This document shows positions 30,799 to 40,898 of a stretch of DNA of 64,000 nt, piece after piece (positions within the stretch are counted from its first letter, which is position 1; the number at the start of each line of letters is the position of its first letter). The stretch is taken from the NCBI GenBank assembly GCA_963847445.1, contig CAWJZV010000024.1, positions 1 to 64,000 on the forward strand, written 5' to 3'. The notes beneath the pieces are model-generated. The model searched no databases and had not been told where the DNA came from. It was given only the letters and a program-made list of their open reading frames with translations. A program made the position numbers and the translations under genes. This DNA comes from an uncultured delta proteobacterium (GTDB taxonomy: Bacteria > Desulfobacterota > Binatia > UBA9968).

Positions 30799-31077
30799 AT
30801 GGAACCTAAAAAAGCGGGTGATTTAACCGGTGAGATCTGCACCCGGTGCTGTGTCGGCCGCTTGGCAGCGAAGCGCGGGCGTGAATACTTTAGGCACGGG
30901 GACGAGATGATGATCATCGAGAACGTGCCCGCGTGGGTGTGCAACAAATGTGGCGAGCGTTACCATCGCTCCCAAGTATTCAAGAGAATGCGTCAGATAG
31001 CAGCTGCGAAAAACCAAATCACCAAACACGTGCGGGTTCCAGTCGCGCGCTACCAGTCGAGCGACGAAGCAGCGTGA
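30799..31077 (+). CDS. YgiT/MqsA-type zinc-finger antitoxin; cognate toxin apparently reduced to a short upstream remnant
   Basis: CTRC and IIENVPAWVCNKCGERY motifs. Confidence 0.75.
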   Translation: MEPKKAGDLTGEICTRCCVGRLAAKRGREYFRHGDEMMIIENVPAWVCNKCGERYHRSQVFKRMRQIAAAKNQITKHVRVPVARYQSSDEAA

Positions 31078-31188
31078 GAGCGACTGTGCGAACACTGCAG
31101 CGCATCGGACGCTTGGAGAATTCCAAAACCAATTCCGTGTTTAGGTAACCGAAATCAGTATTTTGCCTTTTTAATTTTTACTTTTACC

Positions 31189-31299
31189 TTATCTTATGAC
31201 CCGATCCGCCCGCACCAGCACGGTGGGCGGTATTGTCAGACCGATCTGCTTTGCCGCTTTCAGATTGACGATGAACTCGAACTTGATCGGTTGCTCCAT
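31189..31299 (-). pseudogene. isolated 3' end (36 codons) of an ABC_sub_bind gene
   Basis: [35 protein letters not shown]. Confidence 0.9.
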
Positions 31300-31328
31300 G
31301 TTTAACTCATATTCGCCTCGCATGATGC

Positions 31329-31357
31329 TTGACCACTACTTTTCGCTTCGCCATAAT
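31329..31357 (+). promoter_or_regulatory. sigma70-type promoter of the RHH-PIN pair
   Basis: TTGACC-N17-CATAAT, followed by a GGAGGT RBS. Confidence 0.6.
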
Positions 31358-31378
31358 GGAAACGTTCTGGAGGTATAA

Positions 31379-31609
31379 ATGGCTACGCTGAATATCAAAA
31401 AAATCCCGGATCGCTTGTACCGAAAACTTCAGGCGCGAGCAACTAAACAACATCGCACAGTTACCCAAGAGGTTATTCATATTCTTAGCGTTGCCACGGA
31501 AAATGCCGCGCCTCTCTCTATCCTCGACCTCCAAGGTCTTGGCAAAGAAGTCTGGACCAAGATAGACGCTGGCAAACATGTTAACAAGGAACGACGCGAG
31601 TGGGATTGA
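31379..31609 (+). CDS. vapB: FitA/Arc-like RHH antitoxin
   Basis: MATLNIK.IPD.LY.KL..RA...HR motif; overlaps the PIN gene. Confidence 0.8.
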   Translation: MATLNIKKIPDRLYRKLQARATKQHRTVTQEVIHILSVATENAAPLSILDLQGLGKEVWTKIDAGKHVNKERREWD

Positions 31610-32063
31610 TCGACGATCTTGATCCCGGACCGGTCGCTCTGGATACTCAAGTATCATCTACTTCATCGAGGAGGATGAACGTTTCCTTCCGCTTGTAAAC
31701 CCCGTGTTTGAAGCAATCGATCACGGCACCCGTCCGGCAGTCACGTCCGCTCTTACTTTGATGGAGCTTCTCGTCGTACCCTATCGGAACGGCAATGCCG
31801 CGCTTGCCGATCGCTACGAAGCATTATTGACGAGAAGCCGAGGCCTCCGTTGCGTAGATATCGACCGGTCCGTACTGAAAGCCGCAGCGCAACTTCGCGC
31901 CAACCTTAAGCTCAAACCTCCCGATGCTATTCAGGTGGCGACAGCGATGGTAGCCAATTGCAGTGTGTTTCTCACCAACGACCGCAGAATACCCGCCACA
32001 CCGGGAATGAGAATCTTGCAACTCAATAAATACCTCCCGTCGACAACAGCGAAACGGAACTAA
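31600..32063 (+). CDS. vapC: PIN-domain toxin (frameshift near 31655)
   Basis: VALDT..IYFIE, LTLMELLV, PDAIQ.ATA and FLTND motifs. Confidence 0.85.
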
Positions 32064-32133
32064 AACTACTCAGTGCGAGACCGGCATTCACAAAACCGAA
32101 AATGTTTTCACCTTACGCTTCACCCTTCACTCC

Positions 32134-33125
32134 TCAACGAATCACCTTATCCGCCCGCACCAGCACGTTGGGCGGAATCGTCAGGCCGATCTGCTTCGCC
32201 GCTTTCAGATTGATAATGAACTCGAACTTGATCGGTTGCTCGACGGGCAAGGTCGGCGGGCGTCCGACCTTTCAGGATCTTGTCCACATACGTAGCGGCA
32301 CGCCGGGCCAAGGTCGTTAGAGTTCACGTCGTAACTCATAAGCCCGCCGGCTTCGACAAACTCGCTGGTCGGGTATGTCGCTGGAAGCCGGTTCTTTACT
32401 GCGAGCTCGGTGAACTGTGTTCGCTGAGAATTCAGCACAGGACTCGCGCAGTACGAAGACTGCGTCAGCCCGCCCCTTGCTGGCGGCTCGAAATGCGGTC
32501 TCAATATCCTTGGGTCCTAGTACGTCTAGGTATTGAAGCTTAACCCCGAACGCCGCCTGCGGCGAGCTCAGTCTCTTTTAGCGATTGTGTGTTGCCTGGA
32601 TTGGTTGAAGTCCCGAAGACTGCCACGCGGGAGAGCTTGGGAAGTATTTCTTTAAGCAGCTCCAGCCGTCTTTCCAGATTAGTCCGGAGCGAGGGAGGAT
32701 AACCCGGTGATATTTCCGCCCAGGTCGCGCAAGGCTGGCTACGAAACCATTGCCAATAGGATCGGTATCTTGCGCCATGACAATCGGAATCGTCGACAGT
32801 TGCTTCCTTGGCGGCACGGGTTGTTGTCGGACCATGCGAGACGATGATGTCGACCTTGAGACGCACCAGTCTCGGCCACGAGCGCAGGCAGCCGATCAAA
32901 TTTTCCCTCTGCAGATCGCTGTTCAATGACAATGTTTTTCCCCTCTACGTAACCAAGCTCGCGCAGACCTTGACGGAATGCCTCGATGACGGGCTGCGAC
33001 CGCGGAAAGCGGTGAGCAGTTAAATATCCTATCCGAGGGATTTTCGTTGGCTGCTGCGCCTCGGCGGGGAGGCTAAGCGCGAAGAGCATAGCGCCAAGCG
33101 TAAAGACAAAGATTTTTTTACTCAT
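32134..33125 (-). CDS. ABC_sub_bind (PF04392-type) substrate-binding protein, multiple frameshifts
   Basis: Paralog of 29605-30600, including a homologous upstream region. Confidence 0.8.
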
Positions 33126-33178
33126 AGAGTTTGCCGGCTCTGTAAAATTCAGAATTGAAAAAGCATTTCGTCGTGTCC

Positions 33179-33335
33179 GTCATACCGTTGAAAGCTTGCC
33201 CCGGACGCGATCCGGGGACGGTATCCAGGTGGATGATGGGTCTGGATTCCCGTTGTCACGGGAATGAGTGCGATTCGATGTAGGGGCGGGTCGCGACCCG
33301 CCCTCGCCTGGATTACCGCCTGCGCGGAAATGACG
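33179..33335. repeat. CGTC-type REP cluster with nested palindromes and a GTAG REP
   Basis: CGTCATACCG..CGGTATCCAG, CTGGATTCCC-N8-GGGAATGA and GTAGGGGCGGG..CCCGCCC. Confidence 0.75.
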
Positions 33336-33379
33336 GATCAAGCAGAGCCGCTTCTTAATCGAGCTTGTGAGGCAGCACA

Positions 33380-34304
33380 CTAGCGAAAAGTCTCCTTGAT
33401 GTAGCGGTACGCCGCGATGGCCGCAGTGGCTCCGTCGCCGGCGGAGGTGATCGCTTGGCGCGCCGAGTCCTCGCGGATATCGCCGACGGCGTAGAGGCCG
33501 TCGTCGCGCAGTCTTCATCCAGTTGTCCGTTGGGACATGGCCGCTGTCGCTCAGCTTTACGACATCACGCAATAACGCTGTGTTCGGCTGCAAGCCGACG
33601 TAGATGAAAAGACCGGCGAGCTCGACTTGAGAGGTTTCGCCGGATTTAAGGTCGCGGGCGCGCACGCCGGTGACGACTTCGTCGCCGAGAACTTCTTCGA
33701 TGACCGTTTGGTAGCGCGGCGTGATCTTCGCGTTGTCCAACACCCTTTGCAAATAGGTCTGCTGCGCGGCAAACGAATCGCCGTGATGGAAGAGCAATAC
33801 TTTCTCGGCGTAGTTCGTCAGCGTCAACGCTTCCTGCAGCGCCGAGTCGCCGCCACCGACGACGCCGACGGTCTGGCCGTTGTACATCGGGCCGTCGCAG
33901 CTGGCGCAATGGCTGACGCCGCGGCCCATGAGTTTTTCTTCTCCCGGGACGCCGAGATGCTTGAGCGTCGAGCCGGTGGCGACGATCACCGCCTTGGCCT
34001 GATAGCTTTCTTCCTCCGTGACCACCGACCAGAGTTTTTCTGCCGCATCGAGTCGCAAAACTTCGGCGCGCTGAAACTCCGCGCCATGGTCTGACGCCTG
34101 ACGCTGCAAGTTGGGGCAGATTTCATAGCCGGAAACGCCGTCGGGGAAACCGGGAAAGTCTTCGATCTTTTCAATGCTGATCAGATGGCCGCCGGGAATG
34201 TTCGATTCGAAAACCAAAGTCGAGAGTCCTTGGCGCGCCGAAAAAAGTCCGGCGGTGAGGCCGGCGAGGCCGGAGCCGACAATAATTACGTCGTAATCAG
34301 CCAT
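33380..34304 (-). CDS. trxB: thioredoxin reductase (frameshift near 33505)
   Basis: GRGVSHCASCDG and VVGGGDSA; in the shifted frame LYAVGDIR..RQAITSAGDGA. Confidence 0.85.
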
Positions 34305-34430
34305 GATTTGTTTCGTAAGGGGTGAAGGGTTAAGGGGTTAGGGGTTTCGATCGCCTCACCTCCCTCGCGACGCGGGGGAGGACGAGTGGGGATTGAACGG
34401 AGCGTAACGTTGAACGTTGACCGCATGTCG

Positions 34431-36095
34431 TTATCTCCACTCATCCACCGACACCGTCTTTTGATAGTTGCAATCCATGATGCGCCAGTAGCCGTTGGTT
34501 TCGCCGCCGACGACGACGACGTGGATTTCTTCGGGCTTGAACATATGGATCATTTCGTCCGGGGCGGCTTTCAACTTCGACGCGTAGGGTTCTTCGCCGA
34601 AGGTGGCGCGCGGATAGATGTAATTCTGGATCAGCTGATAATCCCAGTATTCCTTCGCCGCCATGAGCGAATTTTCGTAGGCCCATTCGATCAGTTTCTC
34701 CTTAGTATCGAAACCGCCGCGGTCGATGAACTGGCGCGCGGTGATGGGATCGAGCAGGAAGGTCGGCTGGCTGTGGGCGTCGAGACCGCGCAGCATGCTG
34801 CGCACATGCTCGCGCCAATATTGCTCGCGCACGCCGAGGGTAAACGCCGTCGAGCGGCAGCCGGTGAATACGCTGACCGTGCTGTCGGTGGCTTTGAAGC
34901 CATGCTCGACGTGGAACGGCGTCCACGGACTGCGCTCTTCGTTCTCGGCGAAGGTCACGTTGTTGTAGGCGTAGTTGTTGCCCTGGGAGCCCATGTAGGT
35001 GACGCCGGGCACCGAGCTGCCCTGGCCGTTTTGCGAGAGCAGGCCGTAGGCGCGGCCGATGGTGGCGTTGGCGTGGTTGAACGGACCCATGGCGCCGGTG
35101 CCGCTGTTCATTTTGATTTCGTTTCGAATCGGCCCGTTGACCACGACCATGGCGGCCGCCGAGCTCGACGTGCTGCCGCGGGCGGTGACGCCGGTGGACG
35201 CGAGCGCCAGGATCACCGGAAAATATTCCGGCCGGGCGCCGGCCATCACCGCGTTGACCGCGACTTTTTCCACCGTGTATTCCCAGTATTCTCTGAAATG
35301 GGTCGAGCGCATATGGCCGACCACTTCATCGGGCTTGTGGCTGGTGTGGGCGAGCATTGCCGCCACGCGCTTTTCCGTCGGCAGGACGATGGGCAGCTTG
35401 TCGGTCCAATTTTTGTCGAGAAACAGCTGCTGCAAATTCTCTTCGCTATCGGCATCGACCAGGCGCGGCGTCGCGGCATGGGCGAATTTTTCACTGACAA
35501 CGCCGCTGTCGTCGATCGGTTGGGTCAGCCCTTCGATGACTTCCTGCATCACCGGCCGGCCGCTGAGCGGATCCTTGCCGTCGATGTAGGCGCGCAGTTG
35601 CTCGGCGGTCTTGCCCATCACCGGTTGCGGCACGAAGGCGCGCGGCGCCCGCGGCATGCCATGGACGCGGTTCACCGACTCGACGACTTTTTCAAACACA
35701 TGGGTGTGCAGCGCCACGGTGGGCACGCCGTACTTATTATCGAGGGTCATTGCATGCGCGGCGACCGCCGGCGCACAGGTGCTTCAATGACCGACACCGA
35801 CGATGGCGGCGTCGCCGTCCGCTTTGATTATCTCCCAGGTCTTGGGATCGTCCTTGGTGTAGACGTTGTTCATCTCGACGAACTTGGTTTTTACCGTCGG
35901 CATGTTGTCGGTGAACCAATTCTGCAACTGGCGCAGAAACAGTCCCGAGTCGTCGAAGCGCGGATCGACTAAATAGACGGTCTTGCCGTCCAAGCTGTCG
36001 AGCCGCGGCGCCAGCGCTTTGGGCGTGATCTTGGGCGGATAGCCCACCGGATTTAACACCGAAATGTTTTGGGTTGCGTTAGTGCTGTCAGCCAT
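34431..36095 (-). CDS. predicted 554-aa selenoprotein (UGSC-like UxxC domain fused to an uncharacterised domain)
   Basis: ORFs 35784-36095 and 34431-35750 are in frame, and the only stop between them is a TGA in GVGH-U-STCAPAV. Confidence 0.85.
35755..35775 (-). promoter_or_regulatory. putative bacterial SECIS hairpin
   Basis: UGCG-C-CGGC-GGUC-GCCG-CGCA starts 9 nt after the UGA, with the GGUC loop at +18 to +21. Confidence 0.65.
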
Positions 36096-36180
36096 AGGTA
36101 AATCCTCCTCGCTTATTTACAACCGAAATATCACGGCGGTTGGCCGATTCCTAGCTAAAGATATTGGGCGAAAAACGGAA

Positions 36181-36350
36181 AAATTCGAAGCTCGAAATCC
36201 GAAACAAATTCAAAACGATGAAAAACAACTACAATGCTCCAAACGGGAAGGATCAGATTCGATGTTTGGATTTTCCAAGTTTGAGATTTATTTGGCTGCG
36301 TTTGTTTCGGTCCGCGGGGCCGCTTTCGATATTCGGATTTCGGATTTTTT
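36181..36350. repeat. MITE-like element with CGAAATC heptamer arms (also 44588-44750 and 52951-53190)
   Basis: Shared arms and shared internal sequence at three loci. Confidence 0.75.
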
Positions 36351-36438
36351 CCGTGGCGTCCCTTCGACCTGGCTCAGGATAATCTCCGAGAGGGATCTCA
36401 CCAAACTGAACCACCACCGTTTTTTTGCTTTCGCGCGC

Positions 36439-37509
36439 TTACTCGGCGAGAAGTTTTTTCACTCTCTCGATCACCTCGGCGCTCTGGTCCATGACTTCGC
36501 GCGCGAGCTTTTGCAACTGCTCTCCCGGCGTGTAGTCGATATCCAGGTTGCTCTTCTTCACCTCGGCAAGCAACTCGGGATCCTTGAGCGCTTGCGCATA
36601 AGCGGCGCGCAGGATCTTCACGAGGTCGGCGCGCGTGCCCGGCGGGGCGATCAGCGCGCGGCCAAAATCATTCGCCGTGAGCACCGTTTCGGCGACACTC
36701 CGGCTCACCTGCGGGGTCTTGTATTCGCTCATGATCTCCCAGATCGTCGGCGTCTCGGGCAGCCTCGGGTCGCGGCTGCGCGCGTCCTGCACCAGATGGC
36801 GGTCGTAACCTTTCGCGTGCCATGTGTTAAACGGTTCACGGCCGAAGTGAGATGAGATGTCATGACCGCGGCAGACGACCTCGCCCTTTTCCACGGCAAG
36901 ATCGATTTCTTTGCCGCCGGCGTAACCGACGATGACATTGAATTTCGCGCCGACGGTTTCCTCTAGAATCTTGGGTAAAATGTAGCCAGAGCTGGCAAAG
37001 CCCGAGGCGCCGCATTTCGGCGGCTCTTTCGCCTTGATGACATCGCCGATGGTTTTGAAAGGAGCGTCGGCGCGAAAATAGAGCATCTGCGTCCATTTTT
37101 CTTGGCTGCCGATCCAGTCGAATTTGCGCACGTCGAACTTGACCTCGGTGCGTCCGACCAGTTGGGTTAGATAGAGGCTGCTATTCGGTATGCCGACGGT
37201 GAGGCCGTCCGGTTTGGCGACGCTGTAAACGTAGTTGGCCGCCACCACCGAGCTGGCGCCGGGCATGTTTTGCACGATCATGTTCGGGCGCCCGGCAATG
37301 AATTTCGGCATGCTCCGGGCGAACATGCGCGCCCATTGATCGGACAAACCGCCGGCGGTGAAACCGACGATAATCCGAATCGTCTTGCCTTGGTAGTAGG
37401 GCTCCGTTTGCGCCTGACCTGGAGCCGTTAGGGCTGCGCAGAGCAGAACCGAGATCAAAGCCAGCGCATATTTCGACGCGCGTGACAGGAATGGAAATTT
37501 TTCAAACAT
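36439..37509 (-). CDS. TctC/Bug-like binding protein
   Basis: YYQGKTI, KPDGLTVG, PPKCGASG and GEVVCR motifs; GAGG RBS before the ATG at 37509. Confidence 0.85.
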   Translation of the reverse strand: MFEKFPFLSRASKYALALISVLLCAALTAPGQAQTEPYYQGKTIRIIVGFTAGGLSDQWARMFARSMPKFIAGRPNMIVQNMPGASSVVAANYVYSVAKPDGLTVGIPNSSLYLTQLVGRTEVKFDVRKFDWIGSQEKWTQMLYFRADAPFKTIGDVIKAKEPPKCGASGFASSGYILPKILEETVGAKFNVIVGYAGGKEIDLAVEKGEVVCRGHDISSHFGREPFNTWHAKGYDRHLVQDARSRDPRLPETPTIWEIMSEYKTPQVSRSVAETVLTANDFGRALIAPPGTRADLVKILRAAYAQALKDPELLAEVKKSNLDIDYTPGEQLQKLAREVMDQSAEVIERVKKLLAE

Positions 37510-38035
37510 TTTATACCTCAGAAGAGAAGGGAGATTACCACAAAGTCTGTCCTGAGCGTATGCGAAGGAACTGAGTCGCGCAAAGGGCGCAACGAAGATT
37601 TCCAAATGGTAGGGGCGGGTTTCAAACCCGCCCTCTGGGAGTTGGGGCATCGACAAATTGCGCGCAAGCCGCGCCAGGGTTCGGATGAGGGCGCGCGCAT
37701 GCTGTGCTTCTGCGTCGTGAAAACAATACTTCACCCTTCGCTGTGAGGAAGGGCATATGCCATACGCCCCTACTAAAGAGATCCGAACTTTGCGCCCTTT
37801 GCGTGCTTCGCGTGAGATATTCCGAAATTTGGTTGCGGCTCTGCCGCGTTAGGCCTCTGTAGTTAAATGCTCTTCCTACCCGAGAGCTCATTTTTGACCG
37901 CGCCGGCGGTCTATATATCTTCAGCGCAATCTGCCATCGATCGTCCTTGACGTTCAAATTCGATCTGCCTTATGGTGCAGATCGCTCGGGTTTCGTCGAC
38001 TGGCTTGGCGTTTTGGAATTCATAACGGAGGCGAT

Positions 38036-39068
38036 ATGAAAAACATCTACGCGTCCTTCATCCTACTTCTCGTTTGGGGCGCCGAAGGCTGCGGCGCAGA
38101 CTCCCTACTTCCAGGGTAAGACCATAAGAATTGTCGTCGGCTATCCCACCGCCAGTGCCCATGACCAATGGGCGCGCTTGATTGCGCCGCAGTTGACCAA
38201 ACATATTCCGGGAAATCCCGCCACCATCGTGCAAAACATGCCCGGCGCCGGCTCGTTGACCGCGACCAATTATGTTTACAGCGTGGCCAAGCCCGATGGC
38301 TTGACTCTCGGCGTCAACAACGCGGCGCTTTACTTCGAACAGCTGCTGAAAAAGAAGGAAGTTCAGTTCGATTGGGCGAAGTTCACCTGGGTCGGCAGCA
38401 CGACGCCGACGAGTCCACTCCTGTACATGTGGGCGAACACACCCTACAAAACCATTCACGATGTGCGCACGGCGTCGGTGGCGCCGAAGTGCGGCGCGAC
38501 CGGCACGGGCAACACCGGCTACTATCTTCCCAAATTGCTCGAAGAGACCATCGGCGCGAAGTTTCAGATCGTTTTGGGTTACGAAGGCGGCGCGAGTATC
38601 GAGTTGGCCGTGGAGCGCGGCGAGGTGCAGTGCCGCGCCTTTACCATTCAGGTGTTTTTTGGCCGCGAGCCGTTTCATACCTGGCGCAGCAAGAACCTGG
38701 TGCGCGTGCTGGTTCAAGGCGGCAAGAAGCGCGATCCGCGCTTGCCCGAAACGCCGCTAATCAGCGAACTGATGGATCAATACAAGGTCTCGGAAGCCAA
38801 TCGCCGTTTGGTGACCGTGATGATGGGATCGGGTGAGTTCGGCGCCGCGCCGATGTTCGCGCCGCCGGGGACTTCGCCGGAACTGACCAAAATATTGCGC
38901 GCGGGTTATGCCAAAGCGCTCACCAGCCCTGAGCTCATTGCCGACGCCAAAAAGCAGGGTCTCGAACCTGAGTTGATTCCCGCCGAAGAGATCGAAGCAC
39001 TTGCCAAGGAAGTGTTGACCCAGCCGGCCGATGTGATCGCGTCGATGAAGAAAGTCATGGGAGAGTGA
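38036..39068 (+). CDS. TctC/Bug-like binding protein (frameshift near 38090)
   Basis: GGAGG RBS; PYFQGKTI, APKCGATG and GEVQCR motifs. Confidence 0.85.
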
Positions 39069-39184
39069 AGATTGGAGTGATGGAGTATTGGAGTGTTGGG
39101 TCTCGGAACTCCGAAAACCCATGACTCCATACTCCAGTACTCCATATTCCAGTCTTCTTCACCGTCTTCCCGCCCCACAGGCTG

Positions 39185-39222
39185 TCGAAGAAGCCGCTTT
39201 TCTCCATCTCGTCGAGATAGCG
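39185..39222. repeat. 38-bp perfect direct repeat of 39442-39479 (displaced gene tail)
   Basis: TCGAAGAAGCCGCTTTTCTCCATCTCGTCGAGATAGCG occurs twice. Confidence 0.9.
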
Positions 39223-39231
39223 CTCAGCGTC

Positions 39232-39314
39232 CGTCATACCGTTGGAAAACGGTATCCAGGGGATGGATGGACCCCGGTTTTCACCGGGGTGACGATGATA
39301 AGGCGGGAATGACG
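39232..39314. repeat. CGTC-type REP doublet
   Basis: ATACCG-N8-CGGTAT and ACCCCG-N8-CGGGGT arms in inverted orientation. Confidence 0.8.
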
Positions 39315-39416
39315 TCGACTTCTAGTCGATGTTCGCCGCCTCGGCCTCGAACAGACGATTATCAAGACCTCTCGCGTTTTGGGTGAGAGTCGTCAAGTTA
39401 CCGGCAACTTGTTGGG

Positions 39417-40409
39417 CTATTTTTTGGAGCTCCAAATATTTTCGAAGAAGCCGCTTTTCTCCATCTCGTCGAGATAGCGGCGGTCGATGAGCTGCTGGGG
39501 TTGAACTTTCTTGGCGCGCGGGTCGTTGATGGCGAGCTCGTCGAGGATCGCTTGCAGCGCTTCTGGCCGCACGTCGAATCTCGGCTCCATGGCTTTGAGT
39601 TCGTTGTTGTACGAGGTTTCGAGGACTTTGCGATCGCTGACGCGCAAGTACTTGGCTAAAATCTTCAATGTCGTTTCCCTCTCAGCGTGAAAAATCTTCG
39701 ACGCCTCGGCCATCGAGCGCATGAACTGGCCGATCACCTGCGGTTTGCGCGCGATCACGGAACGCCGGGAGACGAAAGCCGCGGCGGCGTAGGGAATGCG
39801 CAGGTCGGGGCCGTAGATCAAATAGTGAAACCCTTGGGCGACGGCGTTTTGACCGTAGGTCAGCATCGCCGAGGCGTCCACCGAGCCATTGAGCAGCGCG
39901 ATCAGGTCGGCGGCATCGCCGCCGGTCTGGCGAAAGATCACATCCTTGGCCGGGTCCAAGCCGATACGCTGCAAAACTTGGATGGCGAAATAATGGTTGT
40001 TGCTGCCGAGGCGGTTGACGCCGATGCTTTTGCCTTTGAGATCTTCCGGCCGTTTGATCTCCGGCTTGGCGACGATGCTGTGCGTCAGAATATTCTTTAC
40101 CGCGCCGACGATGACGAAGTCCTGGGCGCCTTGGACATAGGCACTCAGGATGCCGATGCCGCCGATTATTCCGACGTCGGTTTCCCCGCCGATCATGGCT
40201 GCGGCAGCAGTGCTGGCGGAGCGCATGAGCACCAGATCGAAGTCGAGATTATGCTTGCGAAAGATGCCGGCATCGCGGGCGATCCAGGGCAAGGATTGCG
40301 AAATTGCGATGGCCGAGTGAATGCCGATGAGCTTGTCGGCGCCGGCCGCGTTGTGCAATGGCAAGACGATGAGCAGGAAACCAAGAACGGCGATTCTGTG
40401 GACTCGCAT
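39417..40409 (-). CDS. NitT/TauT-type ABC substrate-binding protein
   Basis: PWIA.D.G.F.K..LD, EDLKGK.IG and EMEKSGFF motifs. Confidence 0.85.
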   Translation of the reverse strand: MRVHRIAVLGFLLIVLPLHNAAGADKLIGIHSAIAISQSLPWIARDAGIFRKHNLDFDLVLMRSASTAAAAMIGGETDVGIIGGIGILSAYVQGAQDFVIVGAVKNILTHSIVAKPEIKRPEDLKGKSIGVNRLGSNNHYFAIQVLQRIGLDPAKDVIFRQTGGDAADLIALLNGSVDASAMLTYGQNAVAQGFHYLIYGPDLRIPYAAAAFVSRRSVIARKPQVIGQFMRSMAEASKIFHAERETTLKILAKYLRVSDRKVLETSYNNELKAMEPRFDVRPEALQAILDELAINDPRAKKVQPQQLIDRRYLDEMEKSGFFENIWSSKK

Positions 40410-40580
40410 AGGCCAGGGCTCCCTTCGCTGGTTCCGGATAGCGCACGCTTACGCTTCCGTTGCACTCGCGTCAATTGAATTCTAGCGGTTTACGAGTTCC
40501 CCATTTGAAAAATCTGATCATGGGCGACATATCATTGGCTGGACACAGAGCTGACGAAGTAAATTGCGAGCGATGATCGA

Positions 40581-40740
40581 TTCCCCCTTTGGAAAAGGGG
40601 GATTCAGGGGGATTTGATTGTGGTGTGGGGCGGATTCTTCGCAGCGGATCGGCTAACGTCTTCGACCGTGAAGCCGCATGAAAGAAAAAAATCTCCCCTG
40701 CCCCTCTTTTCCAAAGAGGGGTAACGGAGAACTCGCCACG
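40581..40740. repeat. CCCCTTT..AAAGGGG double-hairpin element, ~150 bp
   Basis: Homologous along its length to 43285-43425. Confidence 0.8.
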
Positions 40741-40898
40741 ACTTGAGCGGTTAACCAAATTTCATTGTGTCTCCCACGCCCGCCGTGTCCAACCGAGGCT
40801 TATGGCTAACGATGAGTTCTTAAAGGAGAGGTAATACTTGGCGCTTGCGCCAGTTCTCGAATATGATGCAGCGACTTTCGCCGGATGAGTGGTGCTAA

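Noticed and set aside
29552-32320. Three similar + strand ORFs containing [23 protein letters not shown]
   Set aside because: They are the reverse complement of the conserved ABC_sub_bind 3' end, not a gene family.
34386-35972. Long antisense ORFs (also 47542-48600, 59676-60602, 62592-63560 and 7892-8758)
   Set aside because: They are shadows of high-GC genes on the opposite strand, with no recognisable motifs.
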